From Candidatus Latescibacterota bacterium (lineage in GTDB: Bacteria > Latescibacterota > UBA2968 > GCA-2709665), in NCBI GenBank assembly GCA_965205485.1, contig OZ242180.1, positions 1,312,001-1,376,000 of the forward strand: 64,000 nucleotides of DNA. The letters run 5' to 3'. Both the position numbers and the translations under genes were made by a program. The notes below the pieces were generated by a model. It was not told where the DNA came from. It worked only from the letters and a program-made list of their open reading frames with translations, and did no database searches. Positions 30,301 to 37,111 of the stretch are shown piece after piece. Each line of letters opens with the position of its first letter. Positions within the stretch are counted from its first letter, which is position 1.

Positions 30301-31593
30301 CCGCCGCGAGCCGGGGTGAGCGCCTTCGGCATATCGGGCACGAACGCCCACGTCGTGGTGGAAGGGTACCTGTCCGGGGGCGATTCACGCACGGATGCAG
30401 ACCCCGTCCTCGCAGGCGCCCCGTGTTCCGTGGACGTATCGCTGCCGGAGCCGATGGCCGGCCTGCCGCTGCCGGAGAACGACGTGCTGCAGACGCGAAA
30501 GACGCGTTTCCTCCCGCTCTCCGGAAAGGCGGATGGCGCGCTGATCGATCTGGCGGGGCGTTATCTCGACTGGGTCGACGCCATGGCAGGGACGTCTGCT
30601 TCCGATGAGGCGGTGCAGGACTTGCTAGCGGACATGGCATGGACCGCGGGAACGGGGCGGAGCCATTTCGACTACAGAGCCGGCGTGGTCTTCAGCGATG
30701 CCGGGTCGTTACGGGACGGATTGAAGGCGGTGGCTGATACTCCCGTATCGCCGGAAGCGGCGGAAGCGGGAAGGGTTGCTTTCGCATTCGGGGGGTCAGG
30801 CATCCAACGGACGGGCATGGGCCGGACGCTGTACGAAACCGAGCCGGTGGCGCGTGCGGTCCTGGATCGCTGCGAGGAGGCCTTTGGCGAAATTCGTGGC
30901 GATTCGCTGCTGTCCGCGATGTTCGAGCGCGCCGGAACGGACGGTCTCCTTGAAGATCCCGCGTTGGCGCGAACGGCCGTCTACGCGTTGCAATGCGCGC
31001 TCACCGCACTGTGGTCCAGTGCGGGTATCAGACCGAACGCGGTCACCGGTCGAGGCCCCGGAGAACTCGCGGCGGCGCAGGCGGCGGGAGTTCTCAGTCT
31101 CGAGGAAGGATTGCGACTTGCGTCGGCGCAGGGCGCGGATGAACTTGTGGGCGACGTCGCTTGCGCGTCACCTTCGCTCGACTTCGTCAGCGGCATTACG
31201 GGTCGGGTAATCGCGTCGGACGAGGCTCTCGACGCGGAGTACTGGCGACGTCAGCAGGACGAAACGGCGTCGTTCCGCAAATCCATCGACACACTGGCCG
31301 AATTGGGGATAAGCGTCATCATTGCGATCGGTATGGACGCCGTACAGAATTCCGACGTGCGTCGGGCGTGGCCGGTGGCCGCGAACGGTGGCGGGGCGCC
31401 GGTTGTGATCGACAGCCTGCGAATTCCGGGAGGTGAAAATTCGGAGGCGGATGACGGCGGAATCGTCAAGGCGGTTGCAGACGCATACGAGTCGGGGCTC
31501 GCAGTACGGTTCGAGGGCCTTTTCGCAGGCGAAGAACGGCGCCGCATCGCTCTCCCGCCCTACCCGTTCCAGCGGCGGCGCCACTGGATTTAA
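21328..31593 (+). CDS. supA: Type I PKS/FAS-like synthase, KS-AT-DH-MT-ER-KR-ACP-KS-AT(degenerate), SupA-type
   Basis: KS1 DAACASS/EAHGTGT/KTNIGHLE; AT1 GHSIG; DH HKVFGRIVAP; MT EVGAGTG; ER HAGAGGVG; KR TGGLGGIG; ACP GMDSL; KS2 ELNCASS; AT2 GRGPG. The domain order matches sponge-symbiont SupA as I recall it; the symbol is assigned on architecture only. Confidence 0.85.
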   Translation: MMEADGHIESLGNPDDRSTSSGSAQPIAIVGMACRFPGAADIASFWRLLEAGGNAVGEGVPGSGAGRWGQIFAENAGQSEGCRFGAFVDDIDLFDDAFFRISPVEAEFLDPQQRMMLETSWEALEDAGIDPEGLRETRTGVYTGISNDEYRMLVVDSIKPAEAAGCLYALSGTNLNGASGRVSFVLGLRGPAKAVDAACASSMVSVNDAVADLQQGKADLAIAGGVQAILNGRIYELRAEAMMLSPDGQCKTFDASANGYVRGEGCGVVVLKRLSEAEADGDRIWAVIRGSAVNHGGASTGLTVPNTPALEEVIETALSEGGVSPLDVDYLEAHGTGTTVGDPIEIDAVASVYGRGRKTDRPLLIGSVKTNIGHLESAAGVAGVIKTALVLNRGVIPKHLHFRDPNPSVDWDRLPLRVTSSMTDWPRRSGKTRLAGVNSFGISGTNAHIVMEEYRAPDAAAGIPGTAGAAMPVAVSLPAAVGDLPVAERKIQPRRVRLLPLSGKSDGALCDLAGRYLSRLGEAADEISSGESEILADMAWTAGVGRSHFDHRAGVVFKDVETLQNQLRDVQEGNLGAFSRTRARVAFAYTGQGSQWAGMGRGLYETEPVARAVMDRCEAVILEERGASLLDVMFGNVGSEGELGDTAWEQPALYALECALTALWSSVGIRPDVVLGHSIGELAASQAAGVFSLEDGMRFAAVRGALMSKMEPGSMAAVFAPADRVEEVVNATSQDVGLSISGYNGTHQVVSGPTAGIEAISNQFAAAGVRVRRLNTTKAFHSALVEPILDELERFLSNLEFKSPSLAVVSNLTGLAVEPGQTQGGAYWRRHAREAVAFAQGVKTLADQGVDVVLEIGPRTVLAPLAAASWPESPETPAPVVLSSLRPPSDGAEESRNADGFVAAAAAAYEAGLPVGFAGLFAGETRRRISVPSYPFQRRRHWIQPPRRRAGGAGHPLLGDRHESARGEVTFETEVFPSDPAWLNDHKVFGRIVAPGALYGAMACAASRLEEGGPVVVENFQLHNALVFEEDEDGTGDAGRRMQVMLETGEPGSPRGVRIFSRGGEGNWTVHVEGVLALGAAGPEPGGRIDPDSLKTELSPLDVAEYYRHRASTGVDLGPFFRTLGRAWSRPGEALGEVSLPEALSGHGLDVHPLVLDGCFQVVGAARNLAGREGGATYLPFAWERLWLAGPLPDRVLCHVRLSEASSEAEAAPGEPPEVLSGEINIYDPNGAPLGRLSGYAVKRATPEALLAAVEGVKDLLYEVVWRERDLPAGITSAGFFPGPAEVAAGSQSFAGYLRNAGVDPDDRDALLSDLERWSRSRALATLEELGWQRQVGETVDPEVLREELDVLPEHRRLFRRLFEMLARSGVVKEAGDGFTVVIGPGDPLPEGLPADLEAYASRMADRHPDGQIEIGLFRRSGIALAEVLRGREDPLTLLFSSGEPTAADLYLKAPVARAANRMLADAVEALVAALPEGRRLRVIEVGAGTGSATASVLPELPDGQFDYMYTDISAGFFSEAEARFGDGGGCIEYRPLDIEKDPVEQGFDAHGYDLLIASNVLHATRYLTETLGHCRDLLAPSGHLIALENLSGLGWMDLTFGQLDGWWRFADDYRPHHALAGPPVWRYALGGAGFEGVEVLGVDESDTSRTLDKGVIVAQGPSKVAEAPGVWVLAADRGGSAAKLAAELAARDQTVVLAGSGTQDDREPVGDGPGVFNASVETDLRESWCALLAGLPHEVPLRGVVHLAGLDGHGPEATTQEMAEDVRRTGASALALVQGIADADVVPENGVWLITRGAQILERERGGELAGAALWGFGKAIAREAAHLQPRMIDLDPGEMAPAPDLANELLYPDSENHIAYRSDRRQVARLVRAGTEGERLSLPEASDWVLAPDPTGVFDRPQVLPLPARSLEPWEVRVGVEASGLNFWDVFRSLGFIEEGNLGREMCGRILEVGAEVSTVSVGDHVVGLGFGAFAQQMVTHEQLVAPAPSGYSVSGLATVPSAFVSAALSFEFSGLEAGERVLIHAGAGGVGLAAIQLVQAAGAEVFATASAPKRAYLRSLGVNHIFDSRTTNFGREILEATDGAGVDVVLNSLTGEGFIEASLSCLRHGGRFVELARRDILSEEEMAAVRPDVPYDILELDVMKKTDPEWVGRVLRDVMARLSSGELEAITHSRWPLAEAGAALSFMRAARHLGKIVVTTPPVQNGRLRQDRTYLVTGGLGGIGCAVAAWLADRGAGAIVLNGRRAPDDEAEEAIGRLREAGATVQVELADVTDAAAIDQMLARMDATLPPLGGVIHSVGVLSDGALTNQTWDRFETVLWPKVLGAWHLHRATIDRDLDMFVLFSSRVGVMGNPGQANHASANAFLDQLAGHRRALGLPGQAIAWGAWSEIGEAAEQRERIDRQRSALGGRWFTPQQGMRAFDQLVRQDVTNSVVMSMDWSVFEEAVQDRPPFLDDLLSATKDDEAGTAASSENLMSSLQGTPAAPEELLVSFLQQEVQAVLRLPAVPEPSVGFFDLGMDSLMAVELRNRLNRAFADQYVVPNTVVFDYPDIASLASHLAEELGGVSTEPAVEEEPEPEVMTVVQRERENDGIAIVGMACRFPGAPDIDAFWCQLVAGRDAVTDGRGDSGTWGGLTKELPAEYAAYRQGGFVDEIDRFDSRFFRIAPIEARTMDPRQRMLMETSWQALEDAGMNPDLLRGSRTGVYAGISTSEYRDLMTGSAYGVSYLGTAASMAVGRLSFALGLEGPTIPVELNCASSLVAVHYAAAALWNEEVDMALVGGSHAILSPALTREMGDLGMLSPSGRCRAFDASADGFVRAEGCGMVVLKRLSEAEADGDRIWGVIRGSAVNQNGAAAGPTVPNGPAQERVIESALARGNVDPSEVDYLEAHGSGSGFGDPIEVQAAAAVYGREREADRPLLIGSVKTNIGHLEPAAGVASLIKTVLAMHRGVIPRNLHFHEPNPNLDWGSLPVRVVSANTDWPALADRPPRAGVSAFGISGTNAHVVVEGYLSGGDSRTDADPVLAGAPCSVDVSLPEPMAGLPLPENDVLQTRKTRFLPLSGKADGALIDLAGRYLDWVDAMAGTSASDEAVQDLLADMAWTAGTGRSHFDYRAGVVFSDAGSLRDGLKAVADTPVSPEAAEAGRVAFAFGGSGIQRTGMGRTLYETEPVARAVLDRCEEAFGEIRGDSLLSAMFERAGTDGLLEDPALARTAVYALQCALTALWSSAGIRPNAVTGRGPGELAAAQAAGVLSLEEGLRLASAQGADELVGDVACASPSLDFVSGITGRVIASDEALDAEYWRRQQDETASFRKSIDTLAELGISVIIAIGMDAVQNSDVRRAWPVAANGGGAPVVIDSLRIPGGENSEADDGGIVKAVADAYESGLAVRFEGLFAGEERRRIALPPYPFQRRRHWI

Positions 31594-31655
31594 CGATACG
31601 GTCGCCAGGATGTGGAGGTCCGGAACAACAAGAAGGTTGCGCCGCGAAAGGACTT

Positions 31656-31844
31656 AGAAGCCGTTTTAAAATTACCGGTGAGTTCCCGTGCACGAGCGAA
31701 AAAGTGGCGGTTATGAGGCGCGAGGGGCGCGCAGCGCCGACGGGAAAACCCGCCCATATTTGTCTATAAGGGTGGGTTTGACCAACGCCGACCGGCGCTT
31801 TTGCAGCCGTGCGAAGACCGCAGGGAATTTTAAGCCGGCTTTCT
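31656..31844 (+). mobile_element. MITE family 2, copy 1
   Basis: AGAAGCCGTTTTAAAATT...AATTTTAAGCCGGCTTTCT; aligns in inverted orientation with 50702-50865. Confidence 0.8.
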
Positions 31845-32610
31845 AGAGAAGGGCTTCGATAAATCGGCGCGCGGAAATGGCAGCCGGCATCGGATGATCC
31901 CAGTCGACACCCTTGAGTTCAACCACCAGCGGGCCATCGTAACTGCAGTCTGTCAACAGATTCAGCAACTCCTCAAAAGGCGCTTCTCCTTCGCCGAAGG
32001 GCACCGGCTTATCCACCACCTGGTCGCGCAGATGGACGCGACCGATACGTCCCGCCAGGGCGTCGGCAAAGGGCATAATGGATTCGCCCGCCGAAAGCAG
32101 GTGTCCGGTGTCCAGGAGAACGCGTGCTCGACCGGGCAACTCGGACATCACCGCCTGAAAGTCACCGAGCCCCTGGAGACGGTTTCCCTTCCCGTTGCTC
32201 AAATTGAGGACGATATCGGGGATGTTTTCCAGGAGCGTATTTACGCCCTCGATGAGGTCGGCGAGCGCTTCGGGTGTGCGGTCGCCTCCGCTCGTATTCA
32301 TGGTCTTCACGCCCAGGGCCCGGCCCAGGTGGACGTCCCACTCGAGTTGGCGCAGGTTGTACGCGAGATTGCGCTCGTCGGAGTCTGCCTTGCGGCCCGT
32401 GAGGTTGCGTATGTTGAAGCCGGAAAGCTGCATTCCGGCGCCGGCAATGGCGGCACGGACCATTGGCACGGACCAGTCGGGGTGGACAGGCGAGCTCTGC
32501 GTACAATCGCGGAAGAGTTCCAGGCGTGTGAAGCCGGCCGACCGGGACAGATCCAGTATCCCGGGCAACTGCAGATCGGGACAGAGCGTCGGACTGAAGA
32601 CGAGTTCCAT
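31843..32610 (-). CDS. Sugar-phosphate isomerase/epimerase (xylose isomerase-like TIM barrel)
   Basis: AGFTRLEL, LLDTGH, IGRVHLRD, VPFGEG, YDGPLVVE; ATG 32610 overlaps the upstream TGA. Confidence 0.8.
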   Translation of the reverse strand: MELVFSPTLCPDLQLPGILDLSRSAGFTRLELFRDCTQSSPVHPDWSVPMVRAAIAGAGMQLSGFNIRNLTGRKADSDERNLAYNLRQLEWDVHLGRALGVKTMNTSGGDRTPEALADLIEGVNTLLENIPDIVLNLSNGKGNRLQGLGDFQAVMSELPGRARVLLDTGHLLSAGESIMPFADALAGRIGRVHLRDQVVDKPVPFGEGEAPFEELLNLLTDCSYDGPLVVELKGVDWDHPMPAAISARRFIEALL

Positions 32611-33362
32611 CAGTTGATACCCTCCCAATGCGCCCATTGATCGTCGCAGGTCTCGAAGCGGATATCGTTGACGTCCTTGCGAGCGAAGCGGCCGATCAAC
32701 GCCATGCGGATGTTGCGGTTGACGTTTTTGGATCCCGCATGGAAGAGCTGGCTGTGCCAGAAGATGGCGTCGCCGGCGCTTCCGATAAATTCGCGCCCCT
32801 CCGGCAACGTCCCTTCGGGATAGACGTCACTGGATGTGCCGCCGCGGACCGACAGCAGGGAGTGCGTCCTGAAGTATTCGTATGAGACGATGTGGCTGCC
32901 CGGCCAATAGGTGAAGCAGCCGCCTTTCGATGCGACGTCGATGACGTAAATCGTGAGGTTGATCGTCGTGTATCCAACCGTCCCCTCGGGCACGCCGTTG
33001 GTCGGAGTGTAGTACCCGTCCAGATGGCCCCGTTCCGGAAGAGACCATGCCTTGTCCGCGGACGGGTAAACCAGTGCCGGACCCGCGCTGCCGGGATTGA
33101 GCCGGCCCTTGCCGACCATTTCCTCCATCATCTCGAAGAGCGGCGATTCGTGAACCGCGGCGCGGATGGCCGGATGGCTGGCCGGCACAGGTGTGCGGGG
33201 CCCCGCGTCGATCCAGGTTGCCGGATCGTCGCGGTCGGCCTCGATGCCGGTCCAGAGCGCATCCCGTGCGGCGCGAACCTGAGTGGACGTGAGCGCGCCG
33301 CGAACGATGAGGCAACCGTTTTCCTTAAAGAAACGCTTGTCTGAGGCGGAGAGATAAGGCAT
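32610..33362 (-). CDS. Phytanoyl-CoA dioxygenase (PhyH)-family 2OG-Fe(II) oxygenase
   Basis: FFKENGCLIVRG, HLD (HxD), WPGSH, AGDAIFWH...HAGSKN...R; start moved to ATG 33362. Confidence 0.85.
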   Translation of the reverse strand: MPYLSASDKRFFKENGCLIVRGALTSTQVRAARDALWTGIEADRDDPATWIDAGPRTPVPASHPAIRAAVHESPLFEMMEEMVGKGRLNPGSAGPALVYPSADKAWSLPERGHLDGYYTPTNGVPEGTVGYTTINLTIYVIDVASKGGCFTYWPGSHIVSYEYFRTHSLLSVRGGTSSDVYPEGTLPEGREFIGSAGDAIFWHSQLFHAGSKNVNRNIRMALIGRFARKDVNDIRFETCDDQWAHWEGIN

Positions 33363-33521
33363 GGCATTTACCCCGGGAGTCGATATATTATTGATGTATC
33401 GCGTTGTTAAGGCAGCCAATATAGCGGAAAGACCGGCCGCGGAAAGATTTTTTTTCGGTATTGTGACCGGCCCGAACAGGAACCGCTTTCGCGGAACACC
33501 GATCCGCCCGAAAAAAACGAA

Positions 33522-33550
33522 TTGACTTGACATCTGGTGATCGCTATCTT
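33522..33550 (+). promoter_or_regulatory. Sigma70-like promoter for the ACP gene
   Basis: TTGACT-17 nt-TATCTT, 45 nt before the ATG. Confidence 0.5.
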
Positions 33551-33594
33551 ACCTGTCCGTTCAGACCACCCACTAACATGAAAGGATCGTAGCT

Positions 33595-33834
33595 ATGGCT
33601 TCAACGGAAGATCGCCTCAGAAGTCTCATCGCGGAGAATCTCGAAGTCGACGGAAAGCCGATCTCGCTGCCTGATGATCTGAACATCAGCCTGATGGAGG
33701 CCGGTATTTCCTCCGTGGACCTGGTGGCCTTCGCAAAATTGGTCGCGCAGGAATTCGAGGTCAAGTTTACGCTTGAAGATTGTGGTGAAGTCAAGAGCGT
33801 ACGCGACCTTGTCAATCGTCTCGATGAAGGCTGA
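33595..33834 (+). CDS. Stand-alone acyl carrier protein
   Basis: 79 aa, acidic, SLMEAGISSVDLVAF...EFEV...SVRDLV. Confidence 0.85.
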   Translation: MASTEDRLRSLIAENLEVDGKPISLPDDLNISLMEAGISSVDLVAFAKLVAQEFEVKFTLEDCGEVKSVRDLVNRLDEG

Positions 33835-33992
33835 GTCGCATTCCAATCGGAGCACGTTCACTGCATGGAGAATGGCCCCGGATTCCAATCCGGGGCCAAA
33901 TTGAATTTGCGGCAATTCGGCGCCCACTCTGTAGTTCAACCTCGGATCGAGTTGTTGAAATACCCAACCACGGCGAGACCAGCGACTTGACC

Positions 33993-34898
33993 ATGAATTC
34001 CAAAGCCGTTTGGGACATCCCGGAACCGCTCGCCACCTTCGATGTTCCCGTGGACGACAACACCCGCATTACCCTGCGCCGCCATGGAAATCCCGGGGGT
34101 CCCCGTCTCATACTCACCCATGGTAACGGTCTCGCGAGCGATCTCTATTATCCGTTCTGGTCATTGCTGCTGGACGAGTTCGACCTGATTGTCTACGACC
34201 TGAGGAACCACGGATGGAACGCGGTCAGTTCCATTCATGAGCATAGTGTTCCCACGTTCGTCAATGACCACGACCGTATTCTCGAAGCGATCGACCGACA
34301 CTGGGGGAATAGGCCGAAAATAGGCGTATTCCACTCGGTTTCGTCCCTGACCACGCTGCTTTCGCCCGTCAGAGGCGACGGATTCTCCGCGTGCGTTCTT
34401 TTCGACCCCCCACTGTGCAAGCACGGCGCCAGTTACGAAGAATTCGACGCCGCGGCAGAGCGCGTGGCCGCAATGACGCGACGCCGCGCGAACCATTTTA
34501 ATACCAGGGAGGAATTTGCGGACGTACTGCCCTATCTGCCGACCTTCCAGCGAGTCGTGCCTGGCGTCTTCGAACTTGTGGCAAGGACGACGCTTCGCAG
34601 ATCCCCGAACCGGCCAGGTTTTGAACTCCGGTGTCCGCGTGAATACGAAGCGCAGATCGTCGACTATGCTGCCACTTTTGCCGTGCTGGTGGACTTTCCG
34701 AAGTTCCGTTGCCCATTAAAGGTCATCGGCGCGGATCCCACGTTGCCGTTTTCATATCTTCCGACACTCGACCTAAGCGATATTGTAACCGTCGACTACG
34801 ATTTTCTCCCTGAAACGACCCACCTCCTGCTATTGGAACAGCCCGCGGAGTGCGTCGAGGCGATGCGCGAGTTCCTCGAGAGTCATTCGCTAATCTGA
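33993..34898 (+). CDS. Alpha/beta hydrolase (thioesterase/acyltransferase-like)
   Basis: LTHGNG, YDLRNHG, nucleophile elbow VFHSVSS, C-terminal TTHLLLLEQP. Confidence 0.85.
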   Translation: MNSKAVWDIPEPLATFDVPVDDNTRITLRRHGNPGGPRLILTHGNGLASDLYYPFWSLLLDEFDLIVYDLRNHGWNAVSSIHEHSVPTFVNDHDRILEAIDRHWGNRPKIGVFHSVSSLTTLLSPVRGDGFSACVLFDPPLCKHGASYEEFDAAAERVAAMTRRRANHFNTREEFADVLPYLPTFQRVVPGVFELVARTTLRRSPNRPGFELRCPREYEAQIVDYAATFAVLVDFPKFRCPLKVIGADPTLPFSYLPTLDLSDIVTVDYDFLPETTHLLLLEQPAECVEAMREFLESHSLI

Positions 34899-34902
34899 TT
34901 CC

Positions 34903-35508
34903 ATGGCGTCCCACTATCGCACTTCTTTCATGCTTCTCCTGCCGTTGTTTATTATTGCCGGTATCCTTGCCTGCCCGCCTGCTTCCTCAATAGCGCAGGA
35001 ACAAGCCAAAGACAGCGCGAAGGCGTGGTCATCGACGCTCAGGATGATTCGCGGCAAATTTCCGGATGTCGCGCAACTTTCCACGGACACGCTGCAAGCG
35101 TGGCTGAACAGGTTGCCGAAGCAGGAAGACCTCGTTCTGCTGGACACACGGGAATCAGAGGAATATGCCGTCAGCCATCTTTGCGGCGCCCGGCCTTCTC
35201 CCTCGAAGGCCGAAGCGCTGAAGGTACTCAGGGGCGTACCAGCGAACCGACGTATCGTCGTGTACTGTTCCGTGGGGTACCGCTCGTCTGAACTCGCCGG
35301 ATTCCTTATGGAGAAGGGCTACAGGAAAGTCTACAATCTGGAAGGATCGATTTTCAGATGGGCCAATGAAGGCCGGCCTGTCTGCCGGGGAGAAGAACGG
35401 GTGCGGGCGGTCCACCCGTATGACAGTTACTGGGGCCGCCTGCTTAAGAAGTCTCTGCACCAGATGGACCCTGCCGATTCACGAGCTTCAAAGGCGCCTT
35501 TGCAATAG
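34903..35508 (+). CDS. Exported rhodanese-like domain protein
   Basis: Signal peptide; LLDTRE..EYAVSHL.GA, YCSVGYRS, NLEGSIFRWANEG. Confidence 0.88.
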   Translation: MASHYRTSFMLLLPLFIIAGILACPPASSIAQEQAKDSAKAWSSTLRMIRGKFPDVAQLSTDTLQAWLNRLPKQEDLVLLDTRESEEYAVSHLCGARPSPSKAEALKVLRGVPANRRIVVYCSVGYRSSELAGFLMEKGYRKVYNLEGSIFRWANEGRPVCRGEERVRAVHPYDSYWGRLLKKSLHQMDPADSRASKAPLQ

Positions 35509-35529
35509 CGGTCGGACCGGGAGTCTAGC

Positions 35530-36213
35530 GTGAAGCTGATCGTTACGAACGACGACGGGATTGATGCAGACGGGTTGAAAACGCTGGTTGGGCTGGCATC
35601 CCGGTGTGGCGACGTCGTCGTTGCCGCGCCGGCGGTGCCCCAGTCCGGCGTAGGACACCGGTTGACAACAGACCGTCCTGTCCGTGTGGATAGACTGACG
35701 GAAGCGCGTTTCCGGATATGGGGCACGCCCGCGGACTGTGCCCGGCTGGCCCTGAGCCGGCTGGCGCCCGATGGCGACTGGCTGCTCTCCGGGATCAACA
35801 GCGGAAGCAATCTCGGGGTGGATGTCTACGATTCCGGGACCGTGGCCGCGGCCCGGGAGGCGGCCATTCTGGGATGCAAGGCCGTCGCCCTGTCACACTA
35901 TAGAGAGAAGGACCGGACCATCGACTGGCGTCTTGCCGCCGAACGACTTGAGCCGCTTCTGAATAGAATACTGAGGGAAGCGGCGGAACCGGGTTGTTTT
36001 CTCAGCGTGAATCTGCCGCATCCTCAACACGAGAGGGTCGTTCTGGAAACAAGACAGGCCCATGTGGACACCAGTCCTCGAATGAACACTTACACGCGAA
36101 CCGGAGACGATTACGTGTACGCCGGTATCTACCGGGAGCGCCCGCGTCAGCCCGGCAGCGATATCGACACCTGTTTCAACGGCCACATTTCGATCTCGAA
36201 GATACGCGTCTGA
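35530..36213 (+). CDS. surE: 5'/3'-nucleotidase SurE
   Basis: VTNDDGIDADG, QSGVGH, GTPADC, SGINSGSNLG, SGTVAAAREA. Confidence 0.92.
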   Translation: MKLIVTNDDGIDADGLKTLVGLASRCGDVVVAAPAVPQSGVGHRLTTDRPVRVDRLTEARFRIWGTPADCARLALSRLAPDGDWLLSGINSGSNLGVDVYDSGTVAAAREAAILGCKAVALSHYREKDRTIDWRLAAERLEPLLNRILREAAEPGCFLSVNLPHPQHERVVLETRQAHVDTSPRMNTYTRTGDDYVYAGIYRERPRQPGSDIDTCFNGHISISKIRV

Positions 36214-36232
36214 GCTGACTTATGGAGGACCA

Positions 36233-37087
36233 ATGCCAACGCTCTCGAACAGCAGCAAGGGAGTGGACAATCCCTGGTACCCGGAAGGAGGTCCGGGACG
36301 CCACCTCAAAGCCCGTCTGAAAACGGGCGACGTGTTGATCGGCGCGACGATCGAGGCGTACGCCCATCCTTCGCTCGTCAAGATGTTCCGGCACGCCGGC
36401 TTCGACTTCGTCTACATCGAGTACGAACACAGCCTCTTCGACCTGCAGGACCTGGCCGACACCATTCTCTCCGCACGCGACAACGGCCTGCCCGTCATCG
36501 CCAAGACGCCCCAACTGGAACGGCAGGAGGTCGCGAAGCTGCTGGAAGCCGGCGTGGTGGGAATCCAGCTGCCCCGTACGGAAACCGGGGAGCAGGTCAG
36601 GCGTCTGCTCAGCTACCTGAAATTTCCCCCCGCGGGGACCCGCGCCGTGGCGCCGGGGTGGGGCAACAGCGACTACAGGGAGGTTTCGGACTGGCGGAGC
36701 TGGATGGACGAACAGGACCGGGAGACCACACTCGTGGTCCATCTGGAGACGGTCACGGGCTATCGGAACGCCGGGGAGATTCTGAGTCAACCAGGGGTCG
36801 ACATGTGCTTTGTGGGGCCCGGAGACACCTCCATCGAGTTCGGACATCCCGGCGAGTTCGATCACCCCGAGGTGCGCGGTCCAATGGAAGCCGTCCTGAA
36901 ACTCTGCAAGAAGCACGGCGTAGCCTTCGGCACCATGCCCTGGAGCGCCGCCGCCGCGGGCGAGTGGGCTCGCAGGGGAGCCGCGTTTTACGAAGCAACG
37001 TCGGAATTGGGCTTCATCCGGGCGGGAGCCGCCGCTCTGGTGGAGGAATACCGCGCTCAAGTGGCGTCCAGTCCCGGGAAAGCCTGA
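36233..37087 (+). CDS. HpcH/HpaI aldolase/citrate lyase family protein
   Basis: AGFDFVYIEYEH, KFPPAGTR, HLET, FVGPGD. Confidence 0.88.
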   Translation: MPTLSNSSKGVDNPWYPEGGPGRHLKARLKTGDVLIGATIEAYAHPSLVKMFRHAGFDFVYIEYEHSLFDLQDLADTILSARDNGLPVIAKTPQLERQEVAKLLEAGVVGIQLPRTETGEQVRRLLSYLKFPPAGTRAVAPGWGNSDYREVSDWRSWMDEQDRETTLVVHLETVTGYRNAGEILSQPGVDMCFVGPGDTSIEFGHPGEFDHPEVRGPMEAVLKLCKKHGVAFGTMPWSAAAAGEWARRGAAFYEATSELGFIRAGAAALVEEYRAQVASSPGKA

Positions 37088-37111
37088 CCATTCGGACGTC
37101 GACTCAGGGAT

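Noticed and set aside
21400..31593. DNA similarity between the two KS-AT regions as a mobile repeat
   Set aside because: Explained by paralogous domains within one PKS gene.
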